From: Ramazzottius varieornatus
Lineage: Eukaryota; Animalia; Tardigrada
Assembly: GCA_001949185.1 (NCBI GenBank)
Contig: BDGG01000001.1
Coordinates: forward strand, 5,135,624-5,199,623
Reading direction: 5' to 3'
DNA: 64,000 bases
The position numbers were made by a program, and so were the translations under genes. Under the pieces are notes generated by a model. The model was not told where the DNA came from and searched no databases. It saw only the letters and a list, made by a program, of their open reading frames with translations. Positions 1 through 12,756 of this stretch are shown one piece after another. Every line of letters begins with the position of its first letter. The stretch's first letter is position 1.

Positions 1-2213
1 CTTCGACGCACTGAAAGAACAAACCAGCCTAGTGAATATACGCAAATTTCGGTATTGTCTCGTAGTGATATATTTATCTCTTTTTTTAATATTTGAAAAT
101 CAAAGCATACCTTCTGCTACTGCTTGCGAGAGGAGTGGTATCGCAAGGTCCTGCTAACTTCACTTCTCGCATCATACGCAGAATGACCTCCCGGGTTCTT
201 TTTTCGGTTTCGACAGCTCTCTTTGATCCTCTGCAAAAACGTAGCTTGAAAGAGGGATCTAAAAACGAAGCCGCCAAGTACAAGTCATCTTCCTCCAGTT
301 TGTCGAACCGTTCTTCGAGAAGTCCAAGTAGCTCCAAGGTGAAGGCTTCCAGCAACGGGTACTCTCCAGCAGCCACTAAATTGTGCAAATGCACCCGAAG
401 ACCGTACAAAATAGGCAATACCTGACAGATGGCCGGTATGCTATCACGTTGCAATCCCAGAAAGGCCGTTTGAAACGGCGCAGTCGTTTTAACGAACTTT
501 TTCAAAATGATTTCGTAATCAGGAGAAAGACGGTACTTCTTCTCAAGACCCGCTTTGTCCCAGTCCATCTGCAACGCGTGCTCGGCCATGATGAAGTTGC
601 TGTTCCAGCGAGTGGCACAACGCGCTTTCAAGGCTCGTCCGAACTCTTTCTCCACAGCTTCTGTCATGCTCACGGAATGCCGAATGCTCGAAACAACTGA
701 CGCCAGCGCTTCTACCGCTTTATTGACCCACTGCACAGTTTTTCACGGGCTTTTTGACCACTAGCTGTAGTGAATGTGGCACACATCGAACCTACGAGAA
801 AACCAAATAATACAAATGGTAACCCAACCGAGCAGAAATATTTGAAAAGTTTCGTGAAGCTCGGAAAAAGTATCGCACCAGAATTTTTCTTTCAGGCAGT
901 AAACAATATTTTTGGAGGAGAAGTTCCGCTACTTCATTAGCCAAGTTGTTGTCCACGTCGAGTTCCTCAGGATCGACGGGATCGAACTCTTCGTCATCGG
1001 CAGCCGTTTCTTCGAGTTCTTGAATATCTTCCTGATGGCTTTCTTGTTGAAGTGAGTCATCATCTGCAACAAACCGCGAGTAAATGCAAGATACTTTTCC
1101 AGTCAGACAAGTGACTAAACTGTAGGAAAGTTTAGATGGCGGTACCTGAGCTATCGGCAGGGCTGTTGAATCCATAGAACTGCTGAAACCAGTCTTTGAA
1201 CGCGCAAATGATATTGCTCCCATTGTCCGTACCCACGTAGAAGATCTTCCTTGGCAGACCGTAATCCGCAATCACCTCCACTGTCAAGTTGAGTATCGCT
1301 TCAGCTGTGTGTGAGCCTTTGAAGCGAGGACCGGCGAGAAGGAAATTGAGGAAGCGGAAGTTCTCGTCGATGAAATGGACACTGATGCCGAGGTACCCAC
1401 GCTGACGTTTACTGCTCCAAATGTCGATGATCATCGCCACTGCGTCTGCTTTGTCCAGCAGTCTGACTAGCGCAGCTTTGATATTGACGTACTGCGCAGG
1501 TAGAAGCGTTTTGACGATTCGGTGCCTCTTCGACCACTACAAGTACGAAAAAGCTGTCTCGATATGACGTCATGCGCCCATATGGAAAATAATAGGCTTT
1601 AACTCCAAACCACTGTCTGCAACTTTGATAGCTTTATCAAAGGACGAGTGACCGAGCACGGACGGCGCGATCAGAGTTTGCACCTGGATAAGAGCTACGG
1701 CTTCGTCCAGACGGATCTGCTGGGGATGCTTCCGTCCAAGTCGCTTCTTCTTCGCCGAAGGAAAGTAATCGACGAACGTACCATTGTCCGCTTTTCGTTT
1801 CGCTTCTTCCGACGATGCACAGAACGTTACCACCTCCTAGTACCAGCAATAAAATCGAAAACAAGGTTACGGGAATTCAATCCCAGCTATCCGGGTAAAT
1901 ATGATGGCTGTTAAAGTTCCGGAGAGGGGAACATCACCTGGTTTCTGTTGTGGAAAGTCAACACATGGCTTTTGAAGTTACTGTAGCCGTCCCGGGATGA
2001 TATCTTCTTCTCAATCTTCTTTTCCTTCGGGCACAGACGACAGTTCCCGGAATGAACTACGTAGCTCTTGCTGTTCTTCGATTCTCTGGCGGTAGCTAAC
2101 GACGAGAAAAAGGTGGAGTAGAATTCTTTCGCCTTCCGGTCGCGGTCTCCACTCGATGCGTCCGACGCTTCCACATCGTTATCTTCGTCGATGACAATCT
2201 CCGTAGCGGCCAT
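1..2213 (-). CDS. hAT (ZBED/Ac-like) transposase, intron-containing, 3' end outside the window; may be disrupted
   Basis: N-terminal BED finger (CRLC...FKSHVLTFH, 1911-2213), IIDIW..GYLGISVHF, HTAEAI, TDNGSNI, CxxH motif (RCVPHSLQL near 760-790), TRWNS and AASFLDP. One predicted splice donor near 1600 is not canonical. Confidence 0.9.
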
Positions 2214-2559
2214 CCTTCAGCAGTTCTCTCGAAAATCAACCAAACCTCTTGTACACTTCGCACAGCCGATGGTACAAGTTTTCATGGAAGAGCGAAAGTC
2301 AAGATTTTGTCAGAAGATGCGTTAGACAACTAAAGTTAAGAGATTAGTCGCCCTCTTGCGACAACTTGTGCCGTATGGTGTGCTTGATTTTGTAATCGCT
2401 TAGTCATCTCTCACTCGAAGGTTTACATGGGTGGTTGTCCTCTAAGAACTATATGCATTTGGAACGATAATCACTCGTTGACTCTGAAAAAACTGTGACT
2501 TTTTACATTTACCATAGCGGAATTCAGCTTTCCGCTCCACTTTGGTCTTTTTTTTCCGC

Positions 2560-2698
2560 TTTCGTAGTTTTCTACGGATTCCGCGTCGCTACGTTCAGTT
2601 TTGGCCAGAGCTCCGTCCGCTATAGTTTCGCTGCAACTCGAAGCGAAGCGGATAGCGACCACCAAAACGCTACGCCGCTCCAAAACCGCTCATCCCTG
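2560..2698 (-). mobile_element. 5' terminus of the hAT element (CAGGGATG... TIR plus subterminal CGCT-rich repeats)
   Basis: catccctg at 2691-2698 reads CAGGGATG on the minus strand, the same opening as the Ac/Ds TIR. It lies ~480 bp upstream of the transposase ATG and truncates the neighbouring ORF. Confidence 0.7.
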
Positions 2699-2699
2699 G

Positions 2700-3240
2700 C
2701 TAGTTTGCCGACCTCCCATATGAAGCAGTGAATTTACTGAAAGCAAGGTTCTTGTAAAATCGGTCCTGCTTATTACCCATATGAAATCCGAGCTTGAACG
2801 TGTTCTTGTGGTCGGGGAATTCTAGTCCAAGGGCTTTTACCACTGTCTTCTCGAACGATTTCCGGTTGTCAGTGGATAGAGGTTCTTTGAGCTGCTCCGC
2901 GTAATACTTCACAAGGCTTTCAGCCAGCAACCAACTGCCTGGCACAACTCCCAGTGCGTTGCGTATGACGTCACACTCTTCTGCAAATGCCATTCGTTCC
3001 TAGTCTCTCTTCTCACGTACGCGATTCTTGACTGGCTTCTTCTCACATTCCATCACAGCGTCGAATTCCTCGGGCAAATACCGATCCGTTCCGAAGGCTG
3101 AGCGTTGAATCCAGCTATTTTGAGAATCCGGATAACCATCCCATTTGACGTATATAAGGAGAGCCCAAAACACTGGTCAGCTGTCGACGGTCCAAAATCT
3201 TCTCAACATAATACTTCTTACGCTTGCGGTCAGCCGTGGT
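2700..3240 (-). pseudogene. Chromodomain protein pseudogene
   Basis: KYYVEKILDRR..., then a frameshift into YVKWDGYPDSQNSWI (chromodomain aromatic-cage pattern), an in-frame stop near 3000, and continuation into ORF 2700-2993. Confidence 0.75.
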
Positions 3241-3398
3241 CACACTCGCTGGCAACGGAAGCTTCTTTCCCTTCAATTTTTCCTTTCTTCCGTGCATCTG
3301 AAGATCTCTCCATTGTCCCGTATTGAGGCAGAAAGACACATTAACGACGGAAAACTGCAGCAGAAGAAGGCGATCTTAGTTGAAACCAACTGAATGAC

Positions 3399-3510
3399 CA
3401 CTGTCCGACTATTACACATTGGTAAGTTATATAGACAAGCTCGAGTTACATAGACAAGCTCGAGTGTTAGACCCGAGCACTTGGCTTGTCTGTCCCATTA
3501 CTGTATAGTG
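3399..3510 (-). repeat. CACTA-like terminus with subterminal repeats
   Basis: 3501-3510 reads CACTATACAG on the minus strand. ATAGACAAGCTCGAGT occurs twice with a 19-bp period (3431, 3450), plus an inverted GCTTGTCT at 3484. Confidence 0.45.
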
Positions 3511-3670
3511 TTTGGCTGTGCTCTCTCTACGGGCAAAGCACCCACAGTGGTGCAATTGCTGACCCAGTCTGGTGCAATCCGGTATGGGTCAGCAAGTCAC
3601 TTCGCAGTTCCGAATAACGCGAACAGCTTCCGATATTTCTCATTGGAGAGATGTTATTGGTATTATTTAT

Positions 3671-6230
3671 TCATGTAGTCATGTAGATATTTGAGGGCGG
3701 ACTCACAATAATTCCTGAATCATCGTCGGACCAAGCCAGAAAAGCAACATGTTCTCGAAGATCGGAGGTAGGCAACAGAATATTTTCAGAAGTTCTAATA
3801 TAAAAGATATGAGGACACTCTGCCCTGAATAGCCCAGCAATTCTGTCTTCCATCTCATCCTCGTCCGGCTTTCTGAACAGCTTCGCATACACAAATGTGT
3901 GCAGAATATTTTTGTTCTCACAATCCATAACTGCTATGATCATGTCTATGTGCATTACACGCTTGTTCACATCGGTAACAATGAACTCATTCTTCTGGTG
4001 CGACTGACCACGCATTTTCGTTCTTACAACGATTCTCACTTCAACCGCAGCTCTTCTGAAGCAGTGAACTCTGACTCGCGACCAACATTCTTTCCTCCTT
4101 CTTCCTTCTCGTCTCACTTCCGCGTACGCTTCCCCGTCTTCGATCACATTAGATTGGCCACTCAACCGGCAAGTTCCGGCTGCTCCTTTGATGACGTAGG
4201 GTGATGCGGGCACTCCTATTAGTCTCTTATCTGTTGTCACAATCTTGCTGTTTCCGAAACACAGCATGTCTTCCATGTGTGCCGTACACCCCTGCAGCTT
4301 TAGGAAACTGTCCATGATGTTCTTTGTGTTGTTGTACGTGCCGCAAATCTTGCGTGTTACTTGCCCTATCTGATTTTCCGGACGATAGCAAGACGAAAGA
4401 TGCAGCGGTCCGAAGAGTTTAATCGCGAGGGCCAAGTGGAGCATCAAATGAATAGAGTATTTCGTTTGTTCGATCCCGAAATAGTCTTGGAAGGTTTTCA
4501 CATATCTTGTGCATCTGCTCTCAATCTCCTTCAGAGATTCATGTTTGATCTCGTCCTGGGTGGCAAGCCACCCGATACGGCTCAGGAGACAGACGAGGAA
4601 GTAAAATCCCTCTGAACAGTTTCCCTTCAAGACGAAAGGTGCAGCGTGCTGTATAAAGAATTTGAGCTCATGTGCCTTCCATGACTTGTAATCGTCCAGT
4701 GACCGCACACTTCTGTTCTGATGGCCCGGTAGAGCGACGGACATCCACAACCGCTCAATTGCGTTCAGCTGTGCTTTGGTTATTCCACTGTTACCGTCGA
4801 CAGTTATGATCTGAGCGATTATCCATCGCACCACACCTTCATCAAACTGATGCATGATGTCCAGAAGGAAGGCCAGTACCATATCGAACTTAACCCAGAA
4901 TCTGAGTATCGAAGGTCTCCGAAAGCCTTTGGTCATTCTTTCGGCCAGGAGAAACCTTTTCTCTTTCACCGGCATCTTTTCCCACTCTTCGGCGAAGTCG
5001 ACGAAGTGCTGGTGAGTCTTCATTTCAACGTTTCTCGTGTACTGGTAACACATGCAATGATTTATACACTCTGCAACGTACGTAGAACAATTAATTTTGT
5101 TAGGTGGGTTAATCACGATTTCTCGATCAACTGTGGTTTCTGTTGGTCCCGTTTGAAAGAGTAGGTGCAACCTTTACCTGCGCTGTGGGAAAGATGACCG
5201 TTCAAGGCTGTTCGTTCAGAAGAGTCAGCCCAGATCGAGTGGACGCTTACACCGGAACTCATCTGCATGTTCTCTATGCTGGTCCACAGGACTGGACGGA
5301 AACCGTCGTTTCCTAGCTGCAGTGTCCGTAGCTGCTCTTTTAGGAAAACAGGAAGGCCTTTCTGTCCTTTGGTAGAGTCTTCCCTACCCAAAGAAGTAGC
5401 ATAGGCCACACGTTTACGCTGAGTCGGATCGGGACATTCAGTACATGTACAAAACTGACGTACATCTTTCGGCTTGTACTTTCGCTCACTGAGGCCGTAT
5501 TAGCCCAAAGCGAGATGACCAGATCACCGTCTGCGGGATTCATTTCGAGCCACCGTTGCCCATCGCAGACATAACGGAGAACTTTACCGCTGAATTTCTT
5601 TGTTTGGCTACTGCAGAATTTTCCGTAACGTTGCATAGTCGACGTTAGTAGTTCATGCAATGGCTGAGCCGAGAAGCAGTTCCCATCCTTCTCGATGCGC
5701 TTTCTGTCCCACTCGATATTGCAGACCTCACACACATATGTTCGGTTGGGTCCCTCATTCCGGACAGTCAAGGTGTATCCACATATCTCGTAGCTCGGAC
5801 GTTTATTGCCCTTCTTCTTGAACTCTTTTTTCTCCGGGCAAATATAAACCACGTGCTGCTTGTTAGGTGGCTTTAGACCTAGAAATATGCCCATGCTCTT
5901 CGCAGACGTAGGGAATTTTATCCGTTTATCCACATCGCTGGCGTGCCGTGGGGTGTTTATCACTAGAGAAAATATCGCCATAAATCTATCCACGGTTGCA
6001 TTGGATGTCCCGTGAGCCTTTGCAGCGTACATAATCATCGTGCAGATTTGCTGGGACGTCCAACCGACGACAGCGTGTTGTCCATCATCGTCTAAAAGAC
6101 ACGACTGCGTTACTGTAAACAAAGACTGATTGCACCAGAGTGGGTAAACCACCCGGTAATTCGGAGGTGTGGCGCACTTTAGCACCGTTATAACACTAGC
6201 CCTGCGCAACCTTAAAAGGGGAACATGCAT
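3671..6230 (-). pseudogene. CMC/EnSpm (CACTA-type) transposase, frameshifted
   Basis: YICP..C..CEVC, VCDG, ADSSERTAL..H....GC, LDIMHQFDEGV, WKAHE and HLMLHL...FGPLHLSSCYRPE motifs are spread over three frames (5340-6230, 5113-5409, 3671-5170). Confidence 0.85.
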
Positions 6231-6665
6231 TCACTCGCATACATGTGGCACTGGTCTCTTCTCTGGTGGAGATAACCTCCGGCTCGGTAGCTGACTTATG
6301 GCGTCCAGTTAATGAAACCTGCAGTTTGCTCAGTCGATCGTCTCTCTTGGCATGAACTTTCGGCATTTTTGCAATGACCAAGTATCAGCTTAACAATAGG
6401 AGTCGCCTGATAACAATCAATTTTCAATCTATGGTCAGTGTCAAAACGTGAAACTGCATATGAAATACTGCAGAATGACGTAAGAATGAATGACGCAGCT
6501 AATCAGACGCTGCGTACACTGCGTTCAACGTGCGTTCAGCACATTGCTGAGTTATATTTCTAGAATAATTATGAGCCGTTGAGAAACGGATCAGTTCTAA
6601 TCATCATTTCGGATTATTTGCTATCATTTGCCATACATGTTCGCAGGTGTTGCTGTCCTTCGTCA

Positions 6666-9051
6666 TGGGTTCTAAATCAACCGGTAGGAGACCTAAATAG
6701 CGAGGCCAGGTGACTACATCTGATAAGGGAGGAAACAAGCCTGTCAGCTAAGAACTTATCAGCCTTCTGACTCGAACACGGGATGCTGGCCGTAAGTGTC
6801 TCTCTTACTTTTGATGCGGCATTCCCGTTCTTAACAAGAATCGAACTAAGGCTTGATGTTCTAGTGACGGTCATATTCCAGTACGACGATGACTACTACC
6901 ACCTCCTTCCACCAAGCAAGATCTTTCCGGACAAGATTTTAGAAAGACACAATGAAGACATCAAGGAGAAGTAGCGGCATAAGAAAGTGCTTGAGCCAGG
7001 GATGAAGTTTCGTCTGTTTTGGACTGCTGCCTTCAACCAGTCCAAAGCCACCGTCTACGCGGTGGGAAGACATGGAGCGACAGTTCACTGTCCTCGAAGA
7101 GGACCGAAAGAACCAGGTATGGCCACTATAGAATGAATAGATCTTTTAGCCAAATATTCACGAAAATTCAATACAGACTGGCTACCGAAATCCCATGTTG
7201 TTGATACGTTCCGCTCGTGACCTACTTTCTGTTTCCTTTTTCCCAGAAGAAGTAGCTCAACAAGCCACCGAAGAAAGGAAAAAGACTGCTGCTAGAAGAA
7301 AGAGAGCAAGAGATGACGTCCAAAAGCAGTCGTCTTGTCAATCAAAGAGCAAGGAAAGAATGGCACACGAGTGCATCTCCTCTGCACACCAGCAGCAACG
7401 AAATGGAGGAAGAAGACACTGACCTACAGTCACAACATTCGACAACAAAGATGACCCGTTGTTCTCTTTTCCGGCCAAAGTCCATGAATAAACGATCCCC
7501 ATCACCTGTCTTTGACTATAAAGAGTCTGCAGTCTCAAAGCCAGTGGACGGACGTCTCCTCTCTCCTACAAGCTCTGTTCATTCTTCTGAAGTGACAACA
7601 GTCCACAGTCCTGTTCCATCCGCTTCATATTTCCGTGATACAACCGCAGACCGCAGTGTTGCTGTTGATAAGTTATCAACCGGAACAGAAGAGTGCGTCG
7701 AAAAGGAATTATACGATCCGGGAAATTTCACGGAAAACGAGTATTCGCCCAGCAAGGAGAAATTTTAGTAAACTTGATAGTTCTAATATGATGAGTGACA
7801 AAATTTTTTACTGACAATGCTCATTGCAGACCGTGATAGCTCTCGCGAAAGCAGTAAAGTTCGTTCTGAACATAGATACACGAACATGGCGGCGAAACAA
7901 AGATCAGGTTTGTGAATAAAATTAATTTCGACCACTTAAATGGTACGGTGGCGTTATGATTGCAGTATTCTTCACAGGGCTGCGTTCGGCCGTTGTTGAA
8001 CGTAGCCCATTCGAGAGAAGTCACACCGACTCACCAAGTGGACGACGCCATAAAGGAAGCATGGGCCAAGAAGCGAGATATTTACAAGAAGAAATTTCCA
8101 TGTATGCCCAGCCCATATTTCATATTTCAATTTTCTCGCAAAATAAGCTCCTGTTTTTCAGACTACCACAAGCTGCTGAAAATGAACGGAGCTGCAGGGA
8201 AGACCCGAAAGCCGATAGCCAAATGTAACTCGATGTTCCACTGTTCTTTTCAAACAGCAGATCGTTTAGAATTCGCCTTGTGTCATTGCCGCTGAGTTTT
8301 ATGCTGCTGCACTGTTCAGATAGCATCTGCGAATTGAGTGCGATACTGAATATATTTCGTGCTGTTATAGTTCCCACAATCAAGTGGAAGTTCGAACGTT
8401 AGCCGAGAGCCGATCGCGAAAGATTTTGCCGGTTAAGAAAGTCCGAGATGTGGGTGGACAAGAAAGGCTTAAGGAAGCTCCAGGAAAAATCCAAAAACGC
8501 AACAGAGTACGCCCGGAAAGTCATGTTCCATCTGCTGATCACCAACGACGAAGTCATCTCGCTTTCGGAAATAAAGCCTGACGGTGTCGGGTTTGTGAAG
8601 TTGTTTGGACAAAAGAACTGGAATGCCTTCTACGGTAAGTGCACGAGTTTTTCTGCGTTTTCGTGTAGCGGCGGTTGGACCCACTCTGGTGCCAACGCAC
8701 ACCCATTCTGGTGCACTCTCAATAAATCGGTACACTGGCGCTCCTCACTTAATTTATTCGGTCTTCTTCCTCGTAGATCACGTCTTGGCTTTTCGTACGC
8801 AGAAGAAAGTATACCCGTTATCAAATTGGAGTTGGATGCATATGGACACGTTGCAAATGCGTCCATTGCAGTGTGGGTCGCTGCCGTCGCACAAGACTGG
8901 CAACCCAATACGCAACAAGTTGGGAGTCGCCATGGTCGCGTCATCCTCTTCGTCTTCGGCAGCTGTCTTGTTAAATAGCTTTTGCTCCTTCGAGACCATC
9001 CCGGCGTTGCCTCCCGGAATAAAGAAACATTTAGCGGTTGTAGTTCGCTAG
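6666..9051 (+). pseudogene. Divergent accessory gene of the CMC element: Tudor-like N-terminus plus BEN-domain-like C-terminus, spliced, with premature stops
   Basis: VIFQYDDDYYHLLPP...GMKFRLFW..ATVYAVG (6860-7070), an S/T-rich linker, then ATEYARKVMFHLLITNDEV...IRNKL (8500-8925), which resembles BEN helices. GT-AG introns are present and the gene is head-to-head with the transposase. Confidence 0.5.
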
Positions 9052-9431
9052 TTTGTAAAATTTCATGTTTAAAGTTTTTTTTGTCGACGATGAAGATTAC
9101 CGGTTGCCTGCTTGTACTCGAAGACGGTGGACTCTTGCGAAGCCTCTCGTAATGGAGAGACCTTGAATGATCCCTCGTTTTGCAGATTGTAGTTGTTGAG
9201 CCCCTTTTTGGCAACGACTTCTTGGCAACGACCTCAACCGGAAGTGCATGACGTCAGCCAGCTATTGACAAACCCTATACGAACGATCGGCAGCGAGAGT
9301 TTCGGTGACTGAGACTATCGGCATCGCACAGAGGTGGCGAAGTGCGCTGCGGCAGGGGGTACAGGGGGTGCTGGAGCCTGTACCCCCTGTAGTAGCAAGA
9401 ACAATAGAACCACTGCTCCTGGGGGCGTTTT

Positions 9432-9485
9432 CGATGCTCGAGCAAGCGGTTCCAGAGCCGATGCTCGAGCAAACGGTTCCGGAGC
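9432..9485 (+). repeat. 27-bp tandem duplication
   Basis: CGATGCTCGAGCAA(G/A)CGGTTCC(A/G)GAGC x2. Confidence 0.85.
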
Positions 9486-12400
9486 ACGGAGGCGCAACGC
9501 CAGACCGCGGGATGCACCATACACGGTCTTTTCTTATGTGTAACAGCTCACACCACGTACGAGTTGGTTCGCGCGAGGTTGCAATGGGGAAATAAGTGCG
9601 ATCCAAAATGACTGATGCTTTTACCAACAATAGCGTGGTACGGTTTCTTTTTCTTCGTCTCATATTGAGCCGACTAAGTTTAGCTCAATGTGACATATCG
9701 CTGTAACAATCACCGTCATTTCGAACTTCCCCTGCCGACAGTCAGCATTCACATTCTGTTCTCCTTGTGAGAGGGAGAATATCACACAAGTAAAAGGCAA
9801 GAGTGACAGTTGTAGGCCGCACAACGTCCGCAAAAATCTATTTTTCTAACTTGAAAACTAATGCGCCAGCAGATATTACTCATTCAAATTTCACACACAA
9901 CACTGCGTTGGCCATATCCACCTCCAGCAAGGCTCAGGATTAAACACGGGTTAGTCCAGCTTGATGTTGTAACCCTCACGTTCAACGGAGCATCGTGGGA
10001 TGCAACGCCAGATATTGCTCGCAGTATCAACAAATGTCAGATAGCTGTCGGCGGACCGTTCCGATCATTAACATTCGCAGTACCATGGGGTGCAAAAGAT
10101 CCCAGTGCTGCGGTTCTTGCCAGAGTACGGGCTGGGTACCAAGCGTATCAGCTTAAGATTTTTCGTTCTCTCTTGCATGTTGTGGGCAGAATGGACCAGC
10201 GGAGTCTGCTGACCGCAGGAAAAAATTCAAACTGGCCATTGACGCGGAGCTGTTACCCGATCAGCTGGCGCAAGGTAGCTCCGGCTCGTTTACGTCATTC
10301 GAACCATGCATTCTGCTACTGGCCGACTTAAGCCCCACGTTCTCTTTTCAGACAGTTAAAGTCCCTGGGATCGTTTCAACCCCATGGCTCAGTTCCAACA
10401 CAACACCTGGTTCTGCAACTGTTGACCAATTTCTAAATCCTACATTACTAATTAGCCCAAAAAGAAGCGGCCGTGTGGGCTAGCATTTCGGCCACCAGGT
10501 CCATGCTTCCATAGTCACTTTGAAGACTTTGACTTTGGCACCATATAATCCAGAGTGGATTTGATCAAGCATTGGTCGAACCAATTTTGAGCTGACCTTT
10601 TGGTCAATATCTCCTACCAATGGTAATCACCCACTCCCATGAGGCCACGGCAAAGTTCAAAAAAAATATAAAACCATTGTTCGCTAAACCTAAACGGATG
10701 ATCATTCAGTTTCACTTCTGTTACCGGGCATATTTCATTCCAAACGATATGTACGAGCTGGTCATAATTTTATTTATTCGTTTCCCATTCTTCTCTGCTA
10801 TCCACTTAAGTTTTTCTACATCATCGACAAGGTTCGAGCGAGTCGGAGGCGAAGCGAACAGCTTGCATATAACTATGTTCATGGGGAAACGTAGTCTTCG
10901 AGCTTTTCAACTAAACCGGGATCACAAAAATTGGACAAGAACAAAAAAAGCTGTTCGAAGTCAAAACATTTCGTCCATAAAATATGCTGTAACGTTGGCT
11001 GTAGGGCCCGTGCGGAAAATTTTTGTGAGGAATTTCTCGTGGAGATCTCTTTTGGTGCGATCTATAAGGTGATAATTGTGCTACGTTTTGGCTGTTCAGG
11101 CTTTCCCCTTCGTCTGTCACGTGACGAAAAACAAGCTTCCAAAAACGGGCCTCATTTCCTTCCTCAAACCACCCATACTCGCCGCTTGATTGATTGAAGT
11201 GGCGATACCGAGATCACGTGATCACAAAGTATAACGCGTGCTCTACATGATAGTGTTGGAACCATCGGAATCAGACGACGGGATCACAAATACAGGCAAC
11301 CGAATGGATATCACAGGGTGGCGATGACCTATGAGCGTGACTGTAAGAATATCATCTCCACTAGCCAGCCAGCCTGCTAATGAAGCGCACATCACATTGT
11401 GGATCCAGTGTATGCAAGAGTCAAGGAAATCGGCGTGTGGCTAGCCTGCTTCAAAAATCCTGAGAGCCATGTCTCGGTAGCACAGCTTTTGCCAAGAACT
11501 ATTTCGACTATCTGTGCTAATTTCTATTAAGCCCAGCCATGTCCCCAGCCACGTGAGACAAATAACTGCCGAAGTCGCGCGGCAGTTAGCGATGTCGAAT
11601 TCTGTTGAACGACACCGCTGGACGATGGTCCGCTGCTGACCAGTTTCTTGACGATCGCGGATTTGGACTCGTGTGCCAGGCTGGATTTGTGATGATGTTC
11701 TAGGCTAGAGCGGGAGTCCGGAACCAGCCGCGCCCCATCCGGTTGTGCAGAAAATGTGGCTTTTATCCATTGGTCGAAACGACACGTCCTCTTAGTCCGA
11801 CGCACCATGTGCGGCGGCGTTTGCTAACAGGTAACAGCATATCAGAACGGCGGCCAGGCCCTCGTTTGAGGCCAAATCTGAAGATTTTCTAGAAGATCAA
11901 GCAACATGTCTAGTAAACCAAGTTCACAGAGATAGAATCTTTGCTCTGCCTGCATCGTACGGATGTTCAGGATGAACGCCGTAAATCGATGTAAGGGTAG
12001 CCTTTTGGAGAAGTCAGCGCGAAGGTAGCTACCAGAGCTCAGTTCGGATTTGGGATGAATGGTCCTGCACTATTACGTTATACGTACTCAGCGATGACGT
12101 TTCACGGGGCTAGGGTACGCACGTTCCTAACTTTTCTCTACCCCTCTTTACTCTCTGCTTATTATTGTGCACTGATGATGTGAGCATCAGTTTAAAAGCT
12201 TCTGTCCTATCACTTGGAATCTCTCCAGAGAGATTTCCAAGTGCGCTCTCTCTCCGACCCATAAATCATCCTCCATCATCTTCCCGTGTTTCTCCCTTCG
12301 AATCCGACGATTCCGCGCACATGAGCTTATTATATTAGGGAACGTTAGAGCAGTACTGTACTCGGGTCGGGGGGGGGGGGGGTCCGAGCTAGTTTTGTTC

Positions 12401-12756
12401 CAGAATTAGCTCAAAGGCTATTATACTTGGGTAGCGACCTAGCCTTGTTCCGAGAGCGGAGTATACTACCCCTTGTGTTAAGCTTTGAGCGAGATTCGGC
12501 ACAAGCTCCAAACGACTGGAACAAGCCCTGGAACACGAATAGAAAGCTTTGAGCTTGCAATATTTAGCTCAAAGCCTATCAACGTTATGACTGCCATTGA
12601 TTGCGATTGCGTTGATCGAATGCGTCTGGCACTTTGCAAGTTGAATTTTGAAATTTCAACTTTCATATTATTAAAGGTTTCTCGAGCATCTTCTCCACTT
12701 GATAATCTCTTAACCTTGATCTTGCCTCAGTCGTCTCACATTGTTCTGTCCAACCA

